A stretch of 64,000 nt of DNA from NCBI GenBank assembly GCA_020632695.1, contig JACKFB010000003.1, positions 321,061 through 385,060 of the forward strand, read 5' to 3'. Position 1 is the first letter of the stretch; each line of letters begins with the position of its first letter. The stretch is from Deltaproteobacteria bacterium (GTDB lineage Bacteria; Myxococcota_A; UBA9042; PHBI01; JACKFB01). Below, in pieces: positions 1 through 8,581 of this stretch. The notes under the pieces are model-generated. The model was not told where the DNA came from and did no database searches. It saw only the letters and a program-made list of their open reading frames with translations. The position numbers and the translations under genes are program-made.

Positions 1-1089
1 GCGCGCGCCGCCTCGCCGTTCTGGGCCCGCTTCGCCCTGCGACAGGCCGACCGCGTGGTGCTCCTGGTCGACTCCCGCTCCGACACCCGCGACCTGGAGC
101 TGCTGCCCGAGTTCGCCGAGCGCGCCGTCGCCTTCTACGACCGCCCGCCCGGCGTGGCGAGCTGGCTTCGCCTGGTGGCACCCGCCAGCCACCACTTCAT
201 CGACCCCGGCGCCGACCTCCAGCGCACCGTCGCGCGGATGATGCGCCGGCTGGCCGGGCGCTCGCTGGGCGTGGTGCTCTCGGGTGGGGGCGCCCGCGGG
301 CTCGCGCACATCGGCGTCCTCGAGGCCCTCGAGCAGGCGGGCCTGACCATCGACCGCGTCGCCGGGACCTCGGTCGGCGCGCTCGTCGCCGGCCTGTACG
401 CCACGGGCATCACGCCCTGGGAGATCCGCGACGTCTGCCTGCGCGAGGTGCGGGCCCCCTTCGACGACTTCACCGTGCCCATGGTCGCGCTCTCGCGGGG
501 GCGACGGATGGAGCGCATGCTGCAACGCATCTACGGCGACGCCCTCATCGAGGAGCTATCCATCGACTTCTTCTGCGTCAGCGCCGACCTGGTCAGCGCC
601 CAGGCCGTGGTGCATCGCAGCGGGAGCCTGGCGGCCGCCGTCGCAGCCAGCGCGTCGATCCCCGGGGTGGCCCCACCGCGCGTGCACGAGGGGCGCCTGC
701 TGGTGGACGGCGGCGTCCTGAACAACCTGCCCACCGACATCATGGCCGCCCGCGCCGAGGGCCCCATCATCGCCAGCGACGTGATGAACGACGACGAGGT
801 GGCCCACTCCGGGCGCCCGCATCGCCCCTCGCGCACGATCGCCCAGCGCCTGGTGCGCCGCCTCCCCGCGGTGGACGCGCGCCTGCCCACCATCGTCGAG
901 ACCCTGTCCCGGGCCAGCCTCCTCGGCAGCGTCCACGCGGCCCACGCCCAGCGGGAGCTGGCCGACCTGGTCATCCTCCCCGACGTCGCCGGTTTCCCCT
1001 TCATGGACTTCGGCGCCATCGACCCGCTGATCACCGCAGGCCGCGAGGCCGCCCGGCACGCCCTGGCCACCGCACCCGACCTGGACTGA
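1..1089 (+). CDS. patatin-like phospholipase (5' end outside window)
   Basis: Frame open from nt 1 with no upstream stop. GGGxRG oxyanion motif (SGGGARG) and GxSxG nucleophile motif (GTSVG) present. DGG motif further downstream. Confidence 0.8.
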   Translation, partial: ARAASPFWARFALRQADRVVLLVDSRSDTRDLELLPEFAERAVAFYDRPPGVASWLRLVAPASHHFIDPGADLQRTVARMMRRLAGRSLGVVLSGGGARGLAHIGVLEALEQAGLTIDRVAGTSVGALVAGLYATGITPWEIRDVCLREVRAPFDDFTVPMVALSRGRRMERMLQRIYGDALIEELSIDFFCVSADLVSAQAVVHRSGSLAAAVAASASIPGVAPPRVHEGRLLVDGGVLNNLPTDIMAARAEGPIIASDVMNDDEVAHSGRPHRPSRTIAQRLVRRLPAVDARLPTIVETLSRASLLGSVHAAHAQRELADLVILPDVAGFPFMDFGAIDPLITAGREAARHALATAPDLD

Positions 1090-1359
1090 GCGGGCCCTCG
1101 GGGCGCCCTTCATCTCCGGACCGAGCGAGGCGCCGGGTCATGCCCATCGCGGGTCGCAGCGGCTCGGCGGCCGAGGCCGCCGCCCGGGCGGTGGAGGCCG
1201 GCCGGCCGCTCTGTTCGCCGTCCTCGTCAGCACCCGCTGCGCCCGCGAGTCTCCCCGTTGCGTGCGACCTGGACGCTCGCTAATCTGCCTGGCTGGCGCC
1301 GGGAGGGGGCCGCTCAGGCGACCCGGCCGCGGTCCGTGTCGTTGTCTGCGAGGCGTGCG

Positions 1360-2112
1360 ATGGGGCGGAGCCGGGCGAGACCGTGGTGGGTGGCCGCCGC
1401 GCTGACGTGGGCGCTGCTGCCGGTGCTCACCACCGCCTTGGTGTACCTGCGCCCTGCCGGGTGCTGGTTCTACGACCTCCGCCGCGGCGAGCAGTCGTTC
1501 TCCGAGTGGGCCACCCTGGCGCAGTACGCCCTGGCCTTCGCCCTGCTCGCCCCGCGGGTGCGGCGCGTCCGGGGCGCGCTGCGGGCCGCGCTGACGGTGG
1601 CGCTGGTCGTGATCGCCCTGGTCTTCCTCGAGGAGGCGAACTGGGGGCAGGTGCTCACCGGCCGGGCCCTCTTCTTCGACGGCCAGCAGCGCTCGATCCA
1701 CACCGCGCTCCAGACCACCGACTTCGGCCCCCTCAACGCGCTGGTCGCCGTGGTGAGCGAGCTCCCGCCCCTGGCGCTGCTCTTCCTCACCTCGACCTGG
1801 CTGCCCCTGCTCCTGCTCCATCGCGCCCGCCCCGCCCCCCAGGCCTTCTTCGGGCTGCTGTGCCTGCCGGCGATGACCGCGACGCTCACCATCGCGCTCT
1901 TCCAGTGGGGCGAGGCCCAGACCGGCCTCTCGGCCCGCTGCGCGCCCACCCTGGTCGAGGAGATCGTCGAGCTCACCGACGCCACCCTGGTCGCCTTCCT
2001 GGCGCTGGTCTGGCGCGCCTTCCCCGAGACCTGCGAGTCCGGGCCATCCCTGCCGCCGACCGGCCCGGTCCCCCGCGGCCCGGCCTTGACGCCGCAGGGC
2101 GCCGCGCCATAG
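1360..2112 (+). CDS. hypothetical polytopic membrane protein
   Basis: ORF 1258..2112 has several hydrophobic helices and no recognisable motif. Start chosen at an internal Met; the competing long ORFs on both strands look compositionally spurious (R/P/G-rich). Confidence 0.4.
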   Translation: MGRSRARPWWVAAALTWALLPVLTTALVYLRPAGCWFYDLRRGEQSFSEWATLAQYALAFALLAPRVRRVRGALRAALTVALVVIALVFLEEANWGQVLTGRALFFDGQQRSIHTALQTTDFGPLNALVAVVSELPPLALLFLTSTWLPLLLLHRARPAPQAFFGLLCLPAMTATLTIALFQWGEAQTGLSARCAPTLVEEIVELTDATLVAFLALVWRAFPETCESGPSLPPTGPVPRGPALTPQGAAP

Positions 2113-2141
2113 TCGACGAGCCTGCCGGCCCAGGAGCCCCC

Positions 2142-2708
2142 GTGAGCGCGTCGCCCCCTCCGATCGTCCGTCTCTTCCTGGCCGCGGCGCTGCTGGCCAC
2201 GGCGCTGCTGGCCCCGGGGTGCCGCTCGGGGGACGACCGCGCCGCCGCGGCCGCGCGCGGCGCCGAAGCGCTGCGACCGTTCAAGGCCTCGCTGATGGGT
2301 GCGCTGAAGGCGGGGTTGGCCGAGGGCCCGGTCGCGGCCGTAGAGGCCTGCCACCTGGCCGCGCCCGGCCTCCCAGCGGCTGCCAGCACCGAGGGAGTCA
2401 CCGTCGGCCGGACCAGCAGCAAGCTGCGCAACCCGGCCAACGCGCCCAAGCCGTGGATGAAGCCCCTGCTCGACGAGTACGCGGCCGCGGGACCCGGCGC
2501 GCCGCCCCGCGTCGTGCCCCTCGACGGCGATCGCGTCGGCTACGTCGAGCCCATCGGCGTGCAGCCCATGTGCCTGACCTGCCACGGCGAGTCCCTGGCG
2601 CCGGAGGTGGCCGCGGTCATCGCCGAGCGCTACCCGCGCGACGAGGCGACCGGCTACACCGAGGGCCAGCTCCGGGGGCTCTTCTGGGTGGAGCTCGACG
2701 CGCGCTGA
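2142..2708 (+). CDS. DUF3365-like c-type heme lipoprotein
   Basis: GTG start preceded by AGGAG. Signal peptide ending in lipobox LLAPGC. Single CxxCH (MCLTCHG) near the C-terminus. Only the C-terminal third of ORF 1383..2708 looks protein-like. Confidence 0.65.
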   Translation: MSASPPPIVRLFLAAALLATALLAPGCRSGDDRAAAAARGAEALRPFKASLMGALKAGLAEGPVAAVEACHLAAPGLPAAASTEGVTVGRTSSKLRNPANAPKPWMKPLLDEYAAAGPGAPPRVVPLDGDRVGYVEPIGVQPMCLTCHGESLAPEVAAVIAERYPRDEATGYTEGQLRGLFWVELDAR

Positions 2709-2731
2709 GGGAGGCGCGGGCGCTCGCCCGG

Positions 2732-3796
2732 TCAGGCGCCGAGGGTGTCCTCGACGAAGGCGCGCAGCCGGTGCACCTGGTCGGCGCCCAGCCCCTGACC
2801 GATGAAGGCCGCCCCCGCGATGAACGCGTGCAGGCCGAGCGCCACGGGCGCCGCCCACAGCGCCCAGGGGGGCTCGCCGATCACCCACTGCGCGAGGCCG
2901 TACATCACCCCGCCCAGCCCGCTGAAGGCGACCACGGCGTGCAGGCCCAGGAAGAAGGTCCAGACGTGCGGGTGCGGGCCGATGCGGCCGTGCAGCCGCG
3001 CGCCCTCCTCGGTGTCGGTGAGCATCAGGTCCACCGTCGGCGACCAGGTGGTGCGCTCGTGCGCCGGGATGCCGAGCTGCACGTGCTTCATCGTGGCGGC
3101 GCCGGTCACCGGGCAGCCCGGGTCGGCCAGCGCTCGGCGGAAGCGCGCGACGATGGTCTCGGCGGGCAGCGGCACGGTGAGCTGGAAGCGCGGACGCAGG
3201 CGCGGCGCGTCGTAGCGGGTGGTGCGCCGGGACAGCCAGGTCGCCGTGGGCGCCCGGAAGCCGTAGTCGACCGGCAGGCGCGGCGGCTCGCCCCCGGTCT
3301 GCAGCGCGTGGCGCCAGCGCGACTTGAGCAGGATCGCCTCCACGCGCAGCGGCAGCCACAGGTCCTCACCCTCCGGCGTCGGCGCGGAGTCCCCGGGCAG
3401 TCGGCACTCGAACACCTGCACGGCCTCGGCCACGATGTCCGGAGGCTCCTCTGCGCCCGCGCTGGCCGCGCGCGTCGAGGGCGCCAGGGCGAAGACGCTG
3501 CGTGCCATCCGCTCGGCCGCCGGCCCCGGCGTGCCGAGCACCGCCACGTTGGCCATGAAGGCCGGCGTGTCGGGCACGAAGCTCAGCGTCGCCATCCCGC
3601 TGCGCAGGACGTTGCGCGCCGTGTGGCTGTCGGCGCGGCAGCGCAGCAGCAGCGCGTCGGGGGCCAGGTGGGGCGCCGGGAAGCACAGGCTGTAGGGCGC
3701 CAGGTTGGGTGCCCCGTCCGGCTCGCGCGTGCCCACCAGGACGATCGGCATGGGGAAGAACGACGCGTTCTGGAAGAAGCCGGGCCCGACCGGCAT
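2732..3796 (-). CDS. flavin reductase-like (FMN-binding) domain protein with C-terminal transmembrane helices
   Basis: N-terminal region resembles the flavin reductase-like domain (PMPIVLVGTREPDGAPNLAPYS). The C-terminal ~80 aa form 2-3 hydrophobic helices. Start placed at Met 59 of ORF 2732..3970. Confidence 0.55.
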   Translation of the reverse strand: MPVGPGFFQNASFFPMPIVLVGTREPDGAPNLAPYSLCFPAPHLAPDALLLRCRADSHTARNVLRSGMATLSFVPDTPAFMANVAVLGTPGPAAERMARSVFALAPSTRAASAGAEEPPDIVAEAVQVFECRLPGDSAPTPEGEDLWLPLRVEAILLKSRWRHALQTGGEPPRLPVDYGFRAPTATWLSRRTTRYDAPRLRPRFQLTVPLPAETIVARFRRALADPGCPVTGAATMKHVQLGIPAHERTTWSPTVDLMLTDTEEGARLHGRIGPHPHVWTFFLGLHAVVAFSGLGGVMYGLAQWVIGEPPWALWAAPVALGLHAFIAGAAFIGQGLGADQVHRLRAFVEDTLGA

Positions 3797-3973
3797 CGCC
3801 TCGAAGGCGTCGCCGAGCGGGGAGGGCGCTGACTCGGCCACGATGTCCCCCTGGGAGCGCGCGTCCGACGGTGGTGAAGGTGCAGCCCATGATAGCACCC
3901 GGGGGCGCCGGCTTTCATCTGCGCCGCGCGACCCGAGCTTGCGCCGACCGCTGAACGCACGTACAGTCACGCC

Positions 3974-5338
3974 ATGACGCGACGCACGGGCAGCGCGGAC
4001 TTGCCGCTACACGGCGGGCGGGTGCCAGCCTGGCTGGCCGCGCGCATGGCCCGTCTGGGCGCGCTGATCGCCGAGGCCATCATCCTGCGCTGGGGCACCG
4101 ACGAGCTTCTGCGCCGCCTGGCGCACCCCTTCTGGTTCCAGAGCTTCGGCGCGGTCATGGGGATGGACTGGCACTCGTCGGGCATCACGACCAGCGTGGT
4201 CGGGGCGCTCAAGCGGGGGTTGCGCTCGCGCTCGGACGAGCTGGGCATCTGGGTGTGCGGTGGGCGTGGGCGGCACTCGCGGCGTACGCCCGATGAGCTG
4301 ATGGCGGTGGGCGACGCGACCGGGCAGGACGGGGAGGCCCTGGCCCGGATCAGCCGGCTGGTCGCGAAGGTCGACAGCGCCGCGGTGCAGGACGGCTTCC
4401 AGCTCTACCTGCACAGCTTCGTGCTCAGCGCCGGCGGCGGCTGGGCGGTGGTCCAGCAGGGGATGAACACCGAGACGCGGCAGGCGCGCCGCTACCACTG
4501 GCTGTCCGAGGGCGTCACCAGCTTCGTGGAGGCGCCGCATTCGGCCATCGACGGCATGGGGGCGCCGGCGCTCGGCGACATCCTCAACCTCACCGACGCC
4601 CGGGCCAAGGCGGCGCGGGCGGCCCAGGTCTCCCTGGTGCAGTCGGGGCCGGATCGCGTCGTCGCGCACCTCGAGCGCCTCCGACGCCTGCCGGTGGCCG
4701 CGCCGCGGACGGCGCCGCTGCCGCATCTCGGGCTGCCCGCACACCACGAGGTGCGGCGCGAGGACGTCGTGACGCGGCGCCTCTGGGGGAACCTGGCCGC
4801 GGCGGCCGACCGCGGGCCCCGCGACTTCGCCGAGCTGCTGCTGACGCCCGGCGTGGGCGCCCGCACGGTCGAGGCGCTGGCGCTGGTGGCCGAGGTGGTC
4901 CACGGCGCGCCGGCCCGCTTCAGCGACCCGGCCCGCTTCTCGATGGCCCACGGCGGAAAGGACGGCCACCCCTTCCCGGTGCCCCTGGCCGTGTACGACG
5001 AGACCCTGCGCGTGATGCGCGACGCGGTGTCGCGGGCGCGCCTGGGCGAGGACGACCGCATGGCCGCCCTGGCGCGGCTGGACGCCCAGGCCCGCGCGCT
5101 GGAGGCCCTGGTGGAGGGGCCCTCCTTCGAGGACTACCTCGCCGGCGAGCGAGCGGCCTCCTGGCTCTACGGCGGGATGACCGTCGCCGGCCCAGCCCCT
5201 CCCACGCCCAAGGCCCCGCCGGGCCCCCGCCCGCGCCCGCGCCGAGGCGCCCCCGACGCCCAGCTCCCGCTCCCGGGCCTGGGCGCCGCCGCGGAGCCGA
5301 GCCAGGGTGGCGTGCCCGACGCCGCCGCGGTAGCGTAG
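3974..5338 (+). CDS. DUF763 family protein
   Basis: N-terminal LPLHGG...HPFWFQSFGAVMGMDWHSSGITTSVVGALK stretch is characteristic of DUF763. Low-complexity P/G-rich C-terminal tail. Confidence 0.75.
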   Translation: MTRRTGSADLPLHGGRVPAWLAARMARLGALIAEAIILRWGTDELLRRLAHPFWFQSFGAVMGMDWHSSGITTSVVGALKRGLRSRSDELGIWVCGGRGRHSRRTPDELMAVGDATGQDGEALARISRLVAKVDSAAVQDGFQLYLHSFVLSAGGGWAVVQQGMNTETRQARRYHWLSEGVTSFVEAPHSAIDGMGAPALGDILNLTDARAKAARAAQVSLVQSGPDRVVAHLERLRRLPVAAPRTAPLPHLGLPAHHEVRREDVVTRRLWGNLAAAADRGPRDFAELLLTPGVGARTVEALALVAEVVHGAPARFSDPARFSMAHGGKDGHPFPVPLAVYDETLRVMRDAVSRARLGEDDRMAALARLDAQARALEALVEGPSFEDYLAGERAASWLYGGMTVAGPAPPTPKAPPGPRPRPRRGAPDAQLPLPGLGAAAEPSQGGVPDAAAVA

Positions 5339-5367
5339 GGGCCTCTTCCACGCTCGCCGGAGGCTCC

Positions 5368-5904
5368 ATGCGCGCCGACCCGCCCTTCGCCATCGTCCTC
5401 GCCGCGGCCCTCGCGGCCGCGATGACCTTGCTCTTCCTGCTCCCCGGCTGCGGAGGCGCGAAGGGCCAGACCAAGGGCGAGGTCACTCCCGCCACCCTCG
5501 CCGGGCCGCCGAAGCCCTGGGAGGAGATGGAGCACAAGGAGAAGGCCGAGTACATGCGCGACCACGTCGTGCCGGTGATGAAGCCCCTCTTCGTGGCCTT
5601 CGACGCGACGGAGTACGCCGAGTTCGGCTGCAAGACCTGCCACGGGCCCGACGCGCGCGAGCGCGAGTTCCAGATGCCCAACCCCCACAACGAGGTGCTC
5701 TACCCCACCGGCTCGCCCGAGCAGCTCCGCACCGTCGCCGAGCACCCGGAGGCGGTGCGCTTCATGGTGAACGAGGTCGTGCCGACCATGCAGGCGCTCT
5801 TGGGCATCGAGCCCTACGATGAGGTGCGCGGCACCGGCTTCTCCTGCTTCTACTGCCACCCGGCCGGCCAGGTCACCGCGCCGGTGGTGGTGCCCGGCGG
5901 CTGA
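5368..5904 (+). CDS. diheme c-type cytochrome family lipoprotein
   Basis: Signal peptide with lipobox LLPGC. Two CxxCH motifs (CKTCHG, CFYCHP). Confidence 0.7.
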   Translation: MRADPPFAIVLAAALAAAMTLLFLLPGCGGAKGQTKGEVTPATLAGPPKPWEEMEHKEKAEYMRDHVVPVMKPLFVAFDATEYAEFGCKTCHGPDAREREFQMPNPHNEVLYPTGSPEQLRTVAEHPEAVRFMVNEVVPTMQALLGIEPYDEVRGTGFSCFYCHPAGQVTAPVVVPGG

Positions 5905-6047
5905 TCTCGCGGGGGCGGCGCAGGGAACGCGCACCGATCCGCGACCGCGCGTGACCCGCTGATGCCGCGGGTCTATGCTGCGCGTCGAGTGCGTCCAGGA
6001 CCATTGCCGGGTCCGGGTCTCCGTGCCAACGCCCTCGAAGGAAAGCC

Positions 6048-6587
6048 ATGGGCGTCCCGCGTCCGGCGTCGACCCGCGCGGCCCTCGCCACCGCGCTGCT
6101 GTGGCTGGTCGCGGTCGGCCTGCTCGACCGGGCCACGCCGCCCTTCCTGGGCTTGTCGTACTTCTACCTGCCGGCCGCCGCCTTCGTGACCTGGCACGCC
6201 GGTCGCCGCGCGGGGGCGACGATCGCCCTGGTGGCCACGGTGGTGTGGTACCTCGCCGACGCCGAGGGCGTGGACTTCCCGGGCATCCTGGCCCGCGCCT
6301 GGAACGCCGGCATCCGGCTCGCCTTCTTCCTGACGGTCGTCTACCTGCTGGCTGCCCTGCGCGCCACGCTGCGGCGGCAGGACTCCCTCATCACCGAGCT
6401 GCGCGACGCGCTGGCCGAGGTCCGCACCCTGCGCGGTCTGGTGCCGATCTGCGCCTGGTGCAAGAAGATCCGCGACGACGCGGGCTACTGGAAGTCGGTC
6501 GAGAGCTTCATCGAGGCGCACACCGAGGCGGAGTTCACCCACGGCATGTGCCCCGACTGTCACGAACGGATCAGCTCACAGCGCTGA
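6048..6587 (+). CDS. membrane sensor-domain protein with C-terminal 4-Cys ribbon
   Basis: Four predicted TM helices, then ICAWCKKIRDDAGYWKSVESFIEAHTEAEFTHGMCPDCHE. This CxxC...CxxC tail recurs on many deltaproteobacterial sensor proteins. No kinase or output domain. Confidence 0.6.
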   Translation: MGVPRPASTRAALATALLWLVAVGLLDRATPPFLGLSYFYLPAAAFVTWHAGRRAGATIALVATVVWYLADAEGVDFPGILARAWNAGIRLAFFLTVVYLLAALRATLRRQDSLITELRDALAEVRTLRGLVPICAWCKKIRDDAGYWKSVESFIEAHTEAEFTHGMCPDCHERISSQR

Positions 6588-6597
6588 TCGGCTCCCG

Positions 6598-6981
6598 TCA
6601 GGGCGCGGCCTCGATGGCCTTCGCGTACTTCTCGAAGCGCTCGTGGGCGTCGGGCTTCAGCGCGTAGTCCGGCGAGAGGCCCGAGTGGCACGTCTTGCAC
6701 GTGATCTTCTCGCCCGTGGCCTTCTTCGCGGCGTTGACGAAGCCCTTCATCGCCTTCTTGGCGGCCTTCTGCCCGCCCTCGGTGCAGGCCTTCTTCACGA
6801 TGGCGTGCTTGAACTCCTTGCTCTTGCACGGCGGGGACTCGCCCGGCGCGTCGGCGCCGTCTCCGTCGTCCAGGCGTGCTGCGCCGGGAGCCGGGTCGCC
6901 GAGCGCCATGGCGGGCGCGAACGCCGCGCCGACGGCGAGCATCGCGACGGGCACCAGGAGGTAGAGGACGGAACGCTTCAT
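6598..6981 (-). CDS. small secreted c-type heme protein
   Basis: Start at Met 44 of ORF 6598..7110 (MKRSVLYLLVPVAMLAVGAAFA signal peptide). Single CxxCH (CKTCHS). Lys-rich. Confidence 0.6.
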   Translation of the reverse strand: MKRSVLYLLVPVAMLAVGAAFAPAMALGDPAPGAARLDDGDGADAPGESPPCKSKEFKHAIVKKACTEGGQKAAKKAMKGFVNAAKKATGEKITCKTCHSGLSPDYALKPDAHERFEKYAKAIEAAP

Positions 6982-7214
6982 GGGGACTCCCTGGGGTTCA
7001 TCGAGGGGGCGGGCCGCCCGCGGTCGAGACTCAGTCGTATAGGCGTGGCCTCGCGCCGAGGTCAAACGCCCGGCTGCGGCCAGCACGGCGAGACCGGCTC
7101 GACGGCGCACCGCCGCGGCTATTCAGCGGGCGGGCGGCGTGGACCTCCACCTTGCAGTCGGTCGCGCGCGTGGCCATAGTCCCCGCCGACACTCCAGCGG
7201 GATGGAGAGGGTGC

Positions 7215-7445
7215 ATGGGACGGCAGATGCGGGCAGCGGCCGTGGCGGCGCTCCTGACGGGCGCGATGGTCCTCGGCGGCTGCCAGACGACGCGCTACTA
7301 CGAGCGCGCGCGCCTCGTCGATCGCGCCATGGACTTCGACGGGGGCAGCGGCCTCGTCTACATCCGCAACAAGATCGAAGCGGCGCGAGAGGGCGGCTTC
7401 GGTGGCTTCGGCGCCAGCGCGGCCGGCGGGTGCGGGTGCCAGTAG
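7215..7445 (+). CDS. DUF4266 family lipoprotein
   Basis: 76 aa. Lipobox LGGC. Family-typical YYERARLVDRAMDFDGGSG...CGC ending. Confidence 0.75.
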   Translation: MGRQMRAAAVAALLTGAMVLGGCQTTRYYERARLVDRAMDFDGGSGLVYIRNKIEAAREGGFGGFGASAAGGCGCQ

Positions 7446-8581
7446 GGAGCGCCCCGGGCCTGGCGACGCGCATCGCCGTCGTCGCGTTGCTCCTCTCGGC
7501 CGCCGGGGCCGGCAGGGCGGCGCCAGCGGGCGATCAGCACGTCACCATCGATCTCTACGCCTTCTCGCAGGGCGACGAGCGCGGGAACCCGCTGAAGGCC
7601 GAGGGCTTCGAGTACGGCGCGATGCGGGTCGACATGAAGATGCGCATGACCCCGGCGGTGGCCTTCCGCTTCAACGCCTCCGTGGCCCGGCTGCGCAACG
7701 ACGACCCCCAGCGCGTGCCGGCCAGCATCGAGAACGCCCGCATGACCGCGGCCTCGGCCGAGATCCTCACGCTCGACTCGAGCATCGGGCTGGACATCGA
7801 CCCGAAGGACAGCCCCTGGCACATCCGGCCGTCGGGCTACTACCACCACCAGAACGACTTCGTGTCCTCGGGCGGCGACCTCGCCGTCGAGCGCGAGTTC
7901 GCCGGCGGCGACACCGTGCTCGGCGTGACCTACAGCTTCCGCATCGCCTCGCCGCTGCTCCGTCGCTGGAGCGGTCGCAACGACGGCCGCGACATCTCGG
8001 TGGCCAACAACCTGCTGCTGGGCTGGACCCAGGTCCTGTCGCCCTCGTGGGTGCTGGCCCTGAGCGCGCAGGTGACCCGGCAGTCCGGCTGGCTCGGCGA
8101 GAGCTACAACTTCGTCGCCCTCTTCAACGATGCGGGCGCGCCGGTGAAGCTGGTCGACGAGGTGCTCCCCCGCAAGCGCCACCGCGTGCAGGTCAACGGC
8201 CGCCTCCGCTACACGCCCCGTCAGGGCCTGGTGCTGGGCCTCGACGCCAGCGGCTACCTCGACGACTGGTCGGTGGCCCAGCTCGCCGTCGAGCCCAGCC
8301 TCGAGGTGCCGCTCTCCCGCACCATCCGCTGGCGCTTCTGGTATCGGCTGGCCTGGCAGGGGGCCTCGCGCTACTTCGATTCGCGGCCCCTGGCCGAGAC
8401 GCGCTACCGCACCCAGGACCCCGATCTCGGCAGCTTCCTGATGCACAGCCCGGGCACGATGCTGACGCTGCCCTTCGGCGAGGAGCGGATCTGGCTGACC
8501 CGCCTCGGGCTCTACGGCTTCGTGCGCAACGATGGCATCTACGGCCTCGGCGCCGACCTCAGCCTGGGGATGGAGTGGTGA
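7436..8581 (+). CDS. DUF3570 family outer-membrane (beta-barrel) protein
   Basis: Signal peptide then beta-rich sequence ending in an aromatic residue. GTG start at 7430 or 7436, overlapping the DUF4266 stop. Conserved partner of DUF4266. Confidence 0.7.
   Translation: MPVGSAPGLATRIAVVALLLSAAGAGRAAPAGDQHVTIDLYAFSQGDERGNPLKAEGFEYGAMRVDMKMRMTPAVAFRFNASVARLRNDDPQRVPASIENARMTAASAEILTLDSSIGLDIDPKDSPWHIRPSGYYHHQNDFVSSGGDLAVEREFAGGDTVLGVTYSFRIASPLLRRWSGRNDGRDISVANNLLLGWTQVLSPSWVLALSAQVTRQSGWLGESYNFVALFNDAGAPVKLVDEVLPRKRHRVQVNGRLRYTPRQGLVLGLDASGYLDDWSVAQLAVEPSLEVPLSRTIRWRFWYRLAWQGASRYFDSRPLAETRYRTQDPDLGSFLMHSPGTMLTLPFGEERIWLTRLGLYGFVRNDGIYGLGADLSLGMEW

Noticed and set aside
1383-3359. Long ORFs 1383..2708 (+) and 1470..3359 (-) over the membrane-protein and DUF3365 region
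   Set aside because: Only the last roughly 190 codons of the plus ORF look protein-like, from the GTG at 2142 with a lipobox. The rest and the entire minus ORF are R/A/G/P-rich, as expected for out-of-frame 70%-GC DNA.
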